Source: Archaeoglobaceae archaeon
GTDB taxonomy: Archaea; Halobacteriota; Archaeoglobi; Archaeoglobales; Archaeoglobaceae
Direction of reading: 5' to 3'
DNA length: 64,000 nt
Assembly: GCA_046483365.1 (NCBI GenBank)
Contig: JAWODI010000081.1
Location: 58,151-122,150 of the forward strand
Below the pieces are notes generated by a model. That model did no database searches, was not told where the DNA came from, and saw only the letters and a list, made by a program, of their open reading frames with translations. The position numbers and the translations under genes were made by a program. Positions 10,431-19,091 of the stretch are shown in pieces; position 1 is the stretch's first letter; each line of letters opens with the position of its first letter.

Positions 10431-10880
10431 TTAAATCAATAAGAGGATGGTTAGGAACATTGCAGCGTAGGAGATTGCGGTAGCCCTTGCGACGTATCCG
10501 AGCTTTATAGAAGAAACCAGAACAACTAATGGTATCAGTGGAAGAAGATATGGAAGCTCCCTGTAAACGAATGGAAGAGTTCTGGCTATCTCGTTTCCCA
10601 TTACAAATGGTGGGGAATAGGTTAACACCACCAACGGTATTGCCAGGAGGACTGACAACACCATTTCCTTCAGAGAACCTCTAACCACGAAAAGCACTGC
10701 AGGAAGAAAAACCAACCACACAAGCAACGAAGATATTAATTCAGTGCCCATACCCGATGCCGACAAACCAGTATCAAAAGGTAAGTTTATACCAATCAAA
10801 GCAGTAATAAGCCCAGTTACAAAGAATAATAGATAGTAAGATTGCTCACCAAGCCGTCCTCTCAAAAATCCTTTATTCAT
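10431..10880 (-). CDS. Polytopic membrane protein, paralog of 27757..28266
   Basis: Shared C-terminal SSIKLGYVARATAISYAAMFL versus SSMKFGYAARATAISYAAVTL, and a shared SLKEMVLSVLLA / SLRDVGLAVGLA segment. Confidence 0.5.
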   Translation of the reverse strand: MNKGFLRGRLGEQSYYLLFFVTGLITALIGINLPFDTGLSASGMGTELISSLLVWLVFLPAVLFVVRGSLKEMVLSVLLAIPLVVLTYSPPFVMGNEIARTLPFVYRELPYLLPLIPLVVLVSSIKLGYVARATAISYAAMFLTILLLI

Positions 10881-10940
10881 ACTAACAAACCTCTAACACC
10901 ATCACCTATCAAAACCTTAACCTAATCACAGTATACATTA

Positions 10941-12584
10941 TTATCTGATTGAGGGGCCTGCCCCATAACAGAAACCCTCCCCAGAAGGACAGGTAGTATT
11001 CTCGATAGATACTATATTCTCCTTTATAGTGATAACGTAAGACAACGGAGAATTGTTTATCTTGACGTACATCTCCTTAAACTTCTCCTCATCTGTGAAC
11101 GGATTCACGAACTTTACCATCCGACTGACATTATAGTCCTTCCCTGCTATAACCTCTCTGACCTCGGAATCGTTTAGAGCAAGTGAAAGCATTTCTTCTC
11201 TTTCCTGGGGTGAAACACCTCTGGGATGAGTTGTCTTTACGTATGGATAAACATGCTGATCAACCAACTCCCCATTTTCATTCAAGTAAAACCATACTTG
11301 AATCACATGTTCCCACTCACCTTTGTGAGCCCACAAATCCACGTAAAGCATTTCTTTGCCATCTCTCTCAACCAGACGCTTCTCAGTAACATTAAATTCC
11401 CAGTGACGGTATTTCTCACCGAACTCATCATACCTCAACGCAAAATCAATAACCTCCTCACTCGTGAGATTAGCCAAATCCAAACCAGATGTGGCTGATG
11501 CGTTTATTATGACATCAATGTTCACGTGACTTATTACTGGCACTTCCGAAGAAATCCCCACACTACCCAGAGGGAATTCTGAGGGACTGATTCTCTTTGG
11601 TAGATCAGGGATGCTTACTGTAGCAGTAACCGGAACGGTTTGATTATCCTTCAAATAAACCATAGACTTATTGTAATTTACCAGCTGGTTAACATCGAGG
11701 ACTCTTCTCTCAACCACATTACTCTCCTCATCCAGAACAACGTAGCGCTGCTCAATGGAGACCCCCTCATCTGTACCCAATTCCACTTTCACCTCCGATA
11801 AATTACCGTAAGAGACAAAATGGAGATTGAAGGTGACATTGGCTTTATCTCCCCTCCCCACCTCCAGTTTCTCCACATCCTCATCAGAAGTAATTTCAAC
11901 ATAACCGGGAATCCCATATTCAGAGGCGACTTGAGGGTCCTTGATCTGCATGTGAGTCAGAAAAGGTATGCTCTCCACTGCCTGACCCCCAGTATCTCCC
12001 GTGTTATTAACTATCTCCACTTCACTCTCGTTCAAATGCTCACCAATAACACCACTATTACCTCCATTCGGAAAAATTCTGTAGCTATCCAACGGCTCCA
12101 GGTCCTCCGTGGCTAACTGAACAGGGCGCACATCAAACACAAATCTGGTGGTCTTGTTTGCTTCAATCTCAAAAGGTTTGTTGATCTGAAGATTCCCTGC
12201 AGACATGTCAGCCAACTCACTCTCATTATTTACCAGAACAGCGTGAACATTCCTTACGTGAAGTATTACTCTCTCGTATTCTCCCGGCGGTAAGTTAGCA
12301 TAAGCAACTGGTATGGCCCTCTCACCCTGCACCTGCCTCAAATCAACGCTCTTGTTTACGTCTACCCTAACCTCTTCCACACCCCTGACTTCCGCGTAGG
12401 ACAAGTTGACCACAATCCTTTCAAAATCGTCAAAATCCACAGGAGCCACATCACTAATCAATAACTGAAAATTGCCGGTAGAGTCGGTCTCTAAACTTCC
12501 GTTCGTTGGCTTAGTGGAGTTAAAGTTTTGAGTGCATCCAGCAAAGATTAAAGTAAGGGTGATTATCAGCAGTAGTTTCTTCAT
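10941..12584 (-). CDS. Large secreted lipoprotein, DUF4382-like N-terminal domain
   Basis: Lipobox FAGCTQN. N-terminal FQLLISDVAPVDFDDFERIVVNLSYAEVRG...LPPGEYERVILHV pattern recalled from DUF4382. Many N-x-S/T sequons. Confidence 0.5.
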   Translation of the reverse strand: MKKLLLIITLTLIFAGCTQNFNSTKPTNGSLETDSTGNFQLLISDVAPVDFDDFERIVVNLSYAEVRGVEEVRVDVNKSVDLRQVQGERAIPVAYANLPPGEYERVILHVRNVHAVLVNNESELADMSAGNLQINKPFEIEANKTTRFVFDVRPVQLATEDLEPLDSYRIFPNGGNSGVIGEHLNESEVEIVNNTGDTGGQAVESIPFLTHMQIKDPQVASEYGIPGYVEITSDEDVEKLEVGRGDKANVTFNLHFVSYGNLSEVKVELGTDEGVSIEQRYVVLDEESNVVERRVLDVNQLVNYNKSMVYLKDNQTVPVTATVSIPDLPKRISPSEFPLGSVGISSEVPVISHVNIDVIINASATSGLDLANLTSEEVIDFALRYDEFGEKYRHWEFNVTEKRLVERDGKEMLYVDLWAHKGEWEHVIQVWFYLNENGELVDQHVYPYVKTTHPRGVSPQEREEMLSLALNDSEVREVIAGKDYNVSRMVKFVNPFTDEEKFKEMYVKINNSPLSYVITIKENIVSIENTTCPSGEGFCYGAGPSIR

Positions 12585-12653
12585 AGCCGACCCTGTTCTT
12601 TTTAGTTCAGCTGAATTATATATTGGTTTTGTTTTTGTAAGTTTTTATTAATT
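12585..12653 (-). promoter_or_regulatory. Cassette A copy 2
   Basis: Gene-sense: TTAATAAAAACTTACAAAAACAAAACCAATATATAATTCAGCTGAACTAAAAAGAACAGGGTCGGCT-ATG. Confidence 0.6.
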
Positions 12654-12679
12654 TTAATTTAAATATTATTCACTTCTCA

Positions 12680-13147
12680 TCAGCCCAAAAACTCATCCCT
12701 AAGTTCTACTTTTTTGGCTACCCCATTCCGGTATCTTATTATAATACCCTTTCTCTCCAGTTTTCCAATTATTCTTGAGATTGTTGCTGGACTAAGCTCA
12801 GTTTTTGCAACGAGTTCATTTTGCGTCATTACATTTTCACGAATCAAACACTCTAAAACAATTCTTTCATTTTCACTGAAAAACCTTAGGACTTCTTTGA
12901 TATCACCTTCAGCTTTCTCCTCGTTCACATTTTCTGATTTATTCGATTGATTTTGATGTAAAACGTAAATAAGAATCAGGAGAATTCCAGGTACCAACCA
13001 AAAGAACAATCCTACAAATACGATTAAAGCCCAGAAAAGAGGATTTTTCCCCTTCTTTTTTGCGTCAAAATAAATAATAATTGGCGGTATAATAGCGATT
13101 AGAATTACCGTTAGAAGTTCAGTCAATCCAAACCCGAGTGCAAGCAT
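12680..13147 (-). CDS. Membrane-anchored winged-helix regulator
   Basis: N-terminal YFDAKKKGKNPLFWALIVF...ILIYVL membrane module, acidic linker, then C-terminal wHTH MTQNELVAKTELSPATISRIIGKLERKGIIIRYRNG. Confidence 0.6.
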   Translation of the reverse strand: MLALGFGLTELLTVILIAIIPPIIIYFDAKKKGKNPLFWALIVFVGLFFWLVPGILLILIYVLHQNQSNKSENVNEEKAEGDIKEVLRFFSENERIVLECLIRENVMTQNELVAKTELSPATISRIIGKLERKGIIIRYRNGVAKKVELRDEFLG

Positions 13148-14224
13148 TCACCTCACCTCAGCCTTTGTTGTTCTATAAAATATCAATAAAGATGCAACCA
13201 AAGCAAGAGGTATCATTACCAGAACTGGTGAAAGAGTATCAAAGAAAAAGTTCAATTGGGGATAAAGTCTCGAAAGTATGATTAAATACGTTATCGCTAA
13301 CATTACTGATAAAATTATAGTAATCGACATATTAAGTAAATACTGGGAAAGTAGACGGACAGAGTAACCAAACTTCATTAGCTTCCCATACACTCTCCTG
13401 TTACGGTTAGCGTAGGCTGTTGACTCCCTCAAGAGTAAAACTATGAACAAAATAATTCCACTATAACTTAATATTAAAGCCAGTGGGTTGCCAAATTCTT
13501 TTTCATAGTAACTGGATAGCTCTCTTACCTTCTCATCCCTCGAAATTACGTTATTGCTACCAAGGAGTTCATTAGCATATCCAGCATACAGTTCTTTATC
13601 ACTATCTTTAAATTTTATATATGTCTCTCCATATGTTGCATTCATCGGTAAACGGGAACTAAAATATTCTTTATATACTTCTGGATATCCTATAAATACG
13701 TCAGCAATTCGAGTGCTAATTGTAGAATATGCGATACCAGAAACTTTCTGATTTAACTGGTAATCACTATGAATTGGAGTAATGACTACGTTTTCTCCAA
13801 CATCTAAGCCCATCTCTTTTGCGATCTCCTGGTTAACAATAACAGCACCTTTTTCAAAGCTACCTGATGTCAGGGTTGACGGATTATAAATGGTTAAATT
13901 AGCCTTTTCGATGTTGCTTATAAGAGCAGCCGTAACCCTTTTATCATTCAGTTTGATATCACTTATTAAAACAAAAACAATGTCTTCTATGTAATCTTCT
14001 TTCAGCAGATTTTCTCTGACGCTTTCGTTTATCAAGCTTGTAAACTTATAATCGTATTGAGCTTTTGCGTATGGCTCAATCGAGTGTTGCTTTATTGTCT
14101 CAGTAAACGCAATCATTGAGAGAGTAGAGAAAATCAAGATACTCCACAAGATTACGATCTTGGCGTACCTACCCCTATTTTCACTTACTTCTTTTAAAAA
14201 ATTAAATAAAAGATTTAGTATCAT
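13148..14224 (-). CDS. FtsX/MacB-like permease with no adjacent ABC ATPase
   Basis: N-terminal TM helix, about 230 aa extracytoplasmic domain, then a C-terminal three-helix bundle with RNRRVYGKLMKFGYSVRLLSQYLL resembling the FtsX motif. Confidence 0.5.
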   Translation of the reverse strand: MILNLLFNFLKEVSENRGRYAKIVILWSILIFSTLSMIAFTETIKQHSIEPYAKAQYDYKFTSLINESVRENLLKEDYIEDIVFVLISDIKLNDKRVTAALISNIEKANLTIYNPSTLTSGSFEKGAVIVNQEIAKEMGLDVGENVVITPIHSDYQLNQKVSGIAYSTISTRIADVFIGYPEVYKEYFSSRLPMNATYGETYIKFKDSDKELYAGYANELLGSNNVISRDEKVRELSSYYEKEFGNPLALILSYSGIILFIVLLLRESTAYANRNRRVYGKLMKFGYSVRLLSQYLLNMSITIILSVMLAITYLIILSRLYPQLNFFFDTLSPVLVMIPLALVASLLIFYRTTKAEVR

Positions 14225-14230
14225 ATCTTA

Positions 14231-14731
14231 TCACTCAACGTAAAGATATCCAGTTGCCCAGTTAGACCCAAATGTGCCTCCATGTTCAGGATCTGCACCA
14301 GCTTTTCCTACATATGTGCCAGATGATGTAGCATAGGTTTCAAGTTTTGCCCACATCTTAATTGGCGTCCCATAACCCCAGCCAGTCTCTACAATTTCCC
14401 ATGCTCCACCAGATATCACATCACAGTCAGAATGGTAAACTATTTCATAGCTGGGTAGATTTGTGGATACCAAGGTCGGTTCAGCAAGATCTCCATCCAC
14501 TAAAAGAGCAAAATACCACATGTATGCAAGAGAAGGTGGCACTGGCCCATTTTCAGTTTCCCCATACGCTATAGTTTCTTCGTAAGTGCTTACAGAATAC
14601 GGATCGAATTCCATAGCTAAGTTATAGAGAGCTTCTGGTTCAACATCGCCATCTGGTGGTGCTGCCATAGCTAACGCTGTAGATGCTAACATCAACAACA
14701 TTGCAATCCCAACGAATCCAATCTTTTTCAC
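14231..14731 (-). CDS. Secreted protein, unknown function
   Basis: GGAGGTG Shine-Dalgarno then GTG start gives MKKIGFVGIAMLLMLASTALAMA, a signal peptide. The track's longer N-terminal extension overlaps the upstream gene and was dropped. Confidence 0.5.
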   Translation of the reverse strand: MKKIGFVGIAMLLMLASTALAMAAPPDGDVEPEALYNLAMEFDPYSVSTYEETIAYGETENGPVPPSLAYMWYFALLVDGDLAEPTLVSTNLPSYEIVYHSDCDVISGGAWEIVETGWGYGTPIKMWAKLETYATSSGTYVGKAGADPEHGGTFGSNWATGYLYVE

Positions 14732-14804
14732 ATCCAACCACCTCCATGAAAATAATAGTTGAAAAAGATTATAATGGTATCGTGAAAAAAGCTGAAAAAA
14801 ATGG

Positions 14805-15683
14805 CTACTCCCGGTCAGCGCTCTCATTTAAAGCAACCGCAACACAGATCTCCTCTCTAAGCTCGTCAAAGACCCAGGCCTCTATCTCCGGTTTACGTCC
14901 AGTTGACACTATAAAGGAGCTGTTCTCTATCTTATTCTCAACGTGAACGCATTCACAGGAGAAGTTCATGGAGACGTTAACCCTTTTACCATCAAATTTG
15001 AGAACAGCTTTCGCTTCAACATCATCCTCACACTCGGCAGTAACTCCCGAATAAGTTTCAATTTCAGCTAAGCTTGCATTGTGGTTTCTTGCGAATTCAA
15101 CCTCCTCACGAACGTCTTGCAGTGTATAGTTATCCTTCAGTTTATCACTCAATTCTTCATAGATCTCTTGAGCGTCCCCTTCATTATATCCCGCTAATAA
15201 GACGCGAACTGCTGTGGAGCAAGGATAAAAATGCAAGACACGCGGCCCATGATATTCCTGAACTCTTTTTATCCTGTCCAGAACCCAGTTATCGATCCTG
15301 GGCGAATCATCAACAATCTCAAAAGTCAACAGCAACCAACCAGACTTATGGCCAAATACTGCACTCATATTGGCCGTAACAAAGGTCTTGTTCTCTCTTC
15401 TGGTCACATTACAATCTACCACATCCAGGGAGTTATTACCATCTACCGCAAAAACATTCTCCACATCACTCAAAGAATGATACAACCTCACATCCCGGGA
15501 ATGAAGAGAATAAACACCAGAAGCATTCCCTTGATTGTAATACTCAACGAACTGCTCAACCACTCTTTCAGCATCTACGCCAGCAACATCCCCAGTATCT
15601 ACAGGCGTTGGAGATCCTTGCTCTTGTTGAGTGCAACCACAAAAGATTAACACAAGCAAAATTATTAGGAGTAATCTCTTCAC
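14805..15683 (-). CDS. Lipoprotein with two NTF2-like repeats, paralog of 19092..20312
   Basis: Lipobox FCGCTQQ. VEQFVEYYNQGNASGVYSLHSRDVR and EVEFARNHNASL match FIEYYNERNANGIYSLASEDVK and ELAFARNHSIKI in 19092..20312. Confidence 0.5.
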   Translation of the reverse strand: MKRLLLIILLVLIFCGCTQQEQGSPTPVDTGDVAGVDAERVVEQFVEYYNQGNASGVYSLHSRDVRLYHSLSDVENVFAVDGNNSLDVVDCNVTRRENKTFVTANMSAVFGHKSGWLLLTFEIVDDSPRIDNWVLDRIKRVQEYHGPRVLHFYPCSTAVRVLLAGYNEGDAQEIYEELSDKLKDNYTLQDVREEVEFARNHNASLAEIETYSGVTAECEDDVEAKAVLKFDGKRVNVSMNFSCECVHVENKIENSSFIVSTGRKPEIEAWVFDELREEICVAVALNESADRE

Positions 15684-15991
15684 TCTGACTCCTCCTTCTC
15701 GCTTACACTATCCGCATAACCTTCCTTGAACTTCTCCCAGCACAGTATTACTACACCAATTCCAATGATGGTCTTCCCCAATCCTATAAATGCTGCAATC
15801 ACTCCATTTCCTTCCAAAATCACTGATGATGCCATCGACAACAGCACTATAACCAAACCCAGTACAAAAATCCCCTTCAGAACCTTATTGTAGGGATTTC
15901 CGATGCTCCTTGTACCCCTGACCAGTAGATAGACCACAACAATCGCAACCAGCATAAAAACCAATGTCAGTAACTGAGTTGCCAGATTCAT
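15680..15991 (-). CDS. Small three-helix membrane protein, paralog of 20595..20891
   Basis: MNLATQLLTLVFMLVAIV...PYNKVLKGIF...CWEKFKEGY versus MNLETQLLTLVLVLVAIV...PYNKVLRGFI...SWEKFKEGY. Confidence 0.5.
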   Translation of the reverse strand: MNLATQLLTLVFMLVAIVVVYLLVRGTRSIGNPYNKVLKGIFVLGLVIVLLSMASSVILEGNGVIAAFIGLGKTIIGIGVVILCWEKFKEGYADSVSEKEESE

Positions 15992-16015
15992 CTAATCACC
16001 TTCTATCTCTTATTT

Positions 16016-16144
16016 TTATCGCCCAATCTCGGTCTCATCTCTATTTTTACGACCGAAAAAGGAGAACAACTTGTACAGTATAAATATCACAACAATTGGT
16101 ATCAAAATCCTAAGTAACATTACCTCATTAAGACTTAAACCCAT
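16016..16144 (-). CDS. 42-aa single-helix membrane peptide (below the ORF-track cutoff)
   Basis: Hand translation MGLSLNEVMLLRILIPIVVIFILYKLFSFFGRKNRDETEIGR. Conserved in the duplicate locus at 20927..21031. Confidence 0.4.
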   Translation of the reverse strand: MGLSLNEVMLLRILIPIVVIFILYKLFSFFGRKNRDETEIGR

Positions 16145-16147
16145 TTT

Positions 16148-16468
16148 TTACCATCTACCCCCTGACACCACTCGTTTCCCTTTAAACGTTCTGAGGAGGC
16201 TCCATACGCCCAAAATTATCAGAATTATGAAGATAAGATAGGAAACTAAGCTTATCCATCCCGCATGTAGGGAACGTGGTGAATAACCAGCTAAACCAAT
16301 CATATAAATGTAAAGAAATCCAGTGAACTCGACCACGGCTGCCAGCCCCAGAATACCTAAACCTCTGATTCTCACCCTCCTGTAAGCATATAGCCAGGTA
16401 ATTACAACAATGATTCTTGCTAAAACAATGATCCAATCTCCAAGTAAAGCAAGCCAGCCACCTATCAA
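16148..16468 (-). CDS. Small polytopic membrane protein
   Basis: Hydrophobic; shares the WLYAYRRVRIRG motif with the next gene (WSYAYYKLRVRA). Confidence 0.45.
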   Translation of the reverse strand: MIGGWLALLGDWIIVLARIIVVITWLYAYRRVRIRGLGILGLAAVVEFTGFLYIYMIGLAGYSPRSLHAGWISLVSYLIFIILIILGVWSLLRTFKGKRVVSGGRW

Positions 16469-16779
16469 TCCAATACCTCCTCCCCATTTTCTACTGCCTC
16501 ATAGAGCCTGACCAATTTAATTATACCGTATAATGACAATGAAGCGAATAAAACTCCAGTAACAATGTTAGTAACAGCTCCATAGACTCTGACCAGCAAA
16601 AAAGGATCTATCTCAGTATAGGTAAGCAGCAAGGTTGTGATTTGTCTCCCAACCAGAAAAATGAGAAACGCTACCCCCAGGACGGCAAAAGCCCTGACCC
16701 TTAACTTATAGTAAGCGTAAGACCAAGCCAACAAGACAGCAGCCAAGCCAAAATACATTAACAGAAAATATACGTTCAC
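16465..16779 (-). CDS. Small polytopic membrane protein
   Basis: GGGAGGGAGG Shine-Dalgarno then GTG start (MNVYFLLMYFG...). This removes the 88-nt overlap with 16800..17093 present in the track ORF. Confidence 0.45.
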   Translation of the reverse strand: MNVYFLLMYFGLAAVLLAWSYAYYKLRVRAFAVLGVAFLIFLVGRQITTLLLTYTEIDPFLLVRVYGAVTNIVTGVLFASLSLYGIIKLVRLYEAVENGEEVLD

Positions 16780-16799
16780 AAGCCTCCCTCCCAATTCAT

Positions 16800-17093
16800 T
16801 CAACCACCAGAACCGATTTGCTTGGGTCTCAAGAGCACGTAAAGGACCAAGCCAACTACATTCAAGAAAAGCACCACCAGCCCCCACAAGATTGGTTCAT
16901 AACCCCCCTCGGGATACCGCTTTGCAGCATCAAACCTCACCCAAAGGATCACAGCAATTATCACTGCATACATAGAGTAGGCCATAAAAGATGAAAGATA
17001 AGCTGCTGACGTTAAATAGCTGCCAATTGCTGCTAACAACGCAACTCCAAGAACTATTAGACCGATAGTAACCGTCAGATAGCGTTTATCCAT
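16800..17093 (-). CDS. Small membrane protein with a FDAxKR...W...LY..LRP module
   Basis: VRFDAAKRYPEGGYEPILWGLVVLFLNVVGLVLYVLLRP. The same module forms the N-terminus of the 12680..13147 regulator. First gene after Cassette A copy 3. Confidence 0.45.
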   Translation of the reverse strand: MDKRYLTVTIGLIVLGVALLAAIGSYLTSAAYLSSFMAYSMYAVIIAVILWVRFDAAKRYPEGGYEPILWGLVVLFLNVVGLVLYVLLRPKQIGSGG

Positions 17094-17162
17094 TCTCGAC
17101 CCCTCAATTTGGTGATTCTGTGAAATTATATATTATTTTTCTTTTTGTAAGTTTTTATTTAA
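17094..17162 (-). promoter_or_regulatory. Cassette A copy 3
   Basis: Gene-sense: AAATAAAAACTTACAAAAAGAAAAATAATATATAATTTCACAGAATCACCAAATTGAGGGGTCGAGA-ATG. Confidence 0.6.
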
Positions 17163-17177
17163 AATAGTATTTAGGGA

Positions 17178-17235
17178 TTCTGACCATATTGTTAGAATAT
17201 AATTTGATTTTAATTTTCTGAGGTTATGGTCACAA
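17178..17235. promoter_or_regulatory. Motif C inverted pair: TTCTGACCAT (17178-17187) and ATGGTCACAA (17226-17235)
   Basis: 10-nt arms about 38 nt apart in the divergent intergenic region. The whole ~85-nt block is homologous to 42647-42720. Confidence 0.5.
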
Positions 17236-17328
17236 ACCTTATGTGCTAATTTGATAAACCTTGGCAGGGGACGGTGGGATGTCCAGGGTTATGAGAAGCG
17301 TTAATATTAAGGGAGAGGTAGCATTCTT

Positions 17329-18030
17329 ATGGGCTCCTTAAGGTATCAGGCTTTACTACTCCTTTCTTTGACCTTACTCTTGAATCCTTTGGCTGTTTCA
17401 GCTTTTGAGGTTGAGCCAGCCAATGTTACGGACGAGGAGCTTGAGGAAATAATCAAAAATGATGTGGATGATGAAAAGAAAATTACTTTCTGGGAGTTAC
17501 CATTATGGATTAAGATTGATCATATCATATTTCTCACAGTCTCAACGCTTTCAGCCGTAGGAATAGGAAAGTTTTTACCTTTCGTTCTCACCAGGATAAA
17601 GTCCATTCTCCACAGCGAGAAGAGGCAGCAGATAATTGATTACGTGCAATACAGTCCGGGAGCAAGCATAAAAGAGCTTGAAGATGCGCTTGACGTGAAC
17701 AGGAGCACTCTCCGCTATCACCTCCGCATCCTTGAGATGAGGGGGTTAGTGTTCTCCAGAACGGTTGGTAAGGAGAGACTGTTGTTTCAAGAGCCACTTC
17801 CAGATAGTGAAGTGAATAGAATCGCTGCCCTCAAGTCTGAAACCAGAAAGAAAATCCTTGAACTATTAACAGATAATGGCGAGCTATCCACCAAGGATAT
17901 AGCTCAAGAACTGGGTTTAAGCCCCAAAACAGTTCATCACCACCTCCACATACTCCAGAAATGTGATGCGATCAAATTGACAAGAGAAGGGCAGAACACA
18001 GTAAAAATGAATGATGTAAGTGATACTTGA
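17329..18030 (+). CDS. Single-pass transmembrane regulator with two cytoplasmic winged-helix domains
   Basis: Signal peptide (..LAVSA/FE), acidic ~45-aa ectodomain PANVTDEELEEIIKNDVDDEKKITFWELPLWIK, one TM helix, then IIDYVQYSPGASIKELEDALDVNRSTLRYHLRILE and KKILELLTDNGELSTKDIAQELGLSPKTVHHHLHIL (ArsR-like). Paralog of 43161..43913. Confidence 0.65.
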   Translation: MGSLRYQALLLLSLTLLLNPLAVSAFEVEPANVTDEELEEIIKNDVDDEKKITFWELPLWIKIDHIIFLTVSTLSAVGIGKFLPFVLTRIKSILHSEKRQQIIDYVQYSPGASIKELEDALDVNRSTLRYHLRILEMRGLVFSRTVGKERLLFQEPLPDSEVNRIAALKSETRKKILELLTDNGELSTKDIAQELGLSPKTVHHHLHILQKCDAIKLTREGQNTVKMNDVSDT

Positions 18031-18192
18031 ACCCATTCCTAACGAGTAATCTAACTCCCAGACTATCAGTAGGCCCCTGTACTCACGTTCCATTAAATGG
18101 AACGCTCCTTATAAGCTGTTCCAATTTGTTTCACGTCAATCTTATATGTTAGCTCAAAGCAAATAATCTAAACAGAAAGAGAGGATGAGATA

Positions 18193-18601
18193 ATGAGATT
18201 AGAATTGACAAAGGAATGTGTGCTCATTGCAGTTGCGGCTTACCTCATTGGCCTTACCATAGATAATTTCTTCACAGGCGTAATAGCGCTTCTACTCTTC
18301 CTCCTGATCTTTGGAGTTGTTAAAGACCTATCTGGAGGAATTGCTCAGTAAGAACGGTGGAGACGAAAGCCCTGCAGGTTCTGAAGATACTGAGCCAAAA
18401 ATAACTAACCTATTGAGGGATAAAGAGCAGAAGATAGTTAACGCTTTGAAGGAAGGAGAGATGACGCAGACAGAGCTTATGGCTCGAACGGGGATGGCGA
18501 AATCAACACTTTCAAGGACACTGAAAGATTTGGAGGAACGAGGTGTAGTAATCAGGTATGACAGCGGTATGAGCAAGATCGTTAAACTGACCAACCAATA
18601 A
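18193..18601 (+). pseudogene. Membrane-anchored wHTH regulator split by a frameshift (or two overlapping ORFs)
   Basis: ATG at 18193 encodes a TM segment (MRLELTKECVLIAVAAYLIGLTIDNFFTGVIALLLFLLIF...) that stops at 18351. The wHTH part (MTQTELMARTGMAKSTLSRTLKDLEERGVVIRYDSG) is in another frame from 18311. The architecture matches the intact 12680..13147. Confidence 0.45.
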
Positions 18602-18652
18602 TAAATCTGTACTGTGCAAATAGACATAAGTATAATATTATATTCTCAAATC

Positions 18653-18662
18653 ATGGTCAGAA
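18653..18662 (+). promoter_or_regulatory. Motif C copy ATGGTCAGAA
   Basis: Exact decamer in the intergenic region upstream of the ArsR-like gene 18783..18989. Confidence 0.4.
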
Positions 18663-18782
18663 AGATTAAAAATCAAAGCCACGATAGAACAATAATGCTT
18701 AGCAGGCAAGAATCAGCAAGAGATCCTCGAAAGGTTGAGGGGGTCGGTTCAAATAACTGAATATAGGGTATCAAAAACTAAG

Positions 18783-18989
18783 ATGGAGCTGCTTAAGAGT
18801 TTGGGGAAAAGGCAGATGACCCTGACAGAATTATCGAAGGAGCTGAACATATCCAAACCCTCAGCGAAAGCTCATTTAGAGAGGCTTGTGGAGCAGGGGT
18901 TGGTGGAAAGGGTTGAAGAGGGAAGGAAATGGATATACAATGAGTTAACCACCAAGGGAAAACAGGTCTCCATGCAAGCAGAATCATAG
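18783..18989 (+). CDS. Short ArsR-type winged-helix protein with no membrane anchor
   Basis: MELLKSLGKRQMTLTELSKELNISKPSAKAHLERLVEQGLVERVEEGRKWIYNELTTKGK aligns with the HTH parts of 32129..32623 and 37027..37569 but lacks their TM hairpin. Confidence 0.6.
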   Translation: MELLKSLGKRQMTLTELSKELNISKPSAKAHLERLVEQGLVERVEEGRKWIYNELTTKGKQVSMQAES

Positions 18990-19091
18990 CATCAAAACCC
19001 GGTACAATAAAAAATTCACGTATTTTAATGAAAACTGACTAAATCAAAAGTTATGTATAATTAGAGTTCTAAACGTGGATGGGGAGCCGGA

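Noticed and set aside
16182-16487. 101-aa alternative-frame ORF over 16148..16468, and the similar 28019..28261 over 27757..28266
   Set aside because: The chosen frames give coherent TM helices and paralog matches; the alternatives do not.
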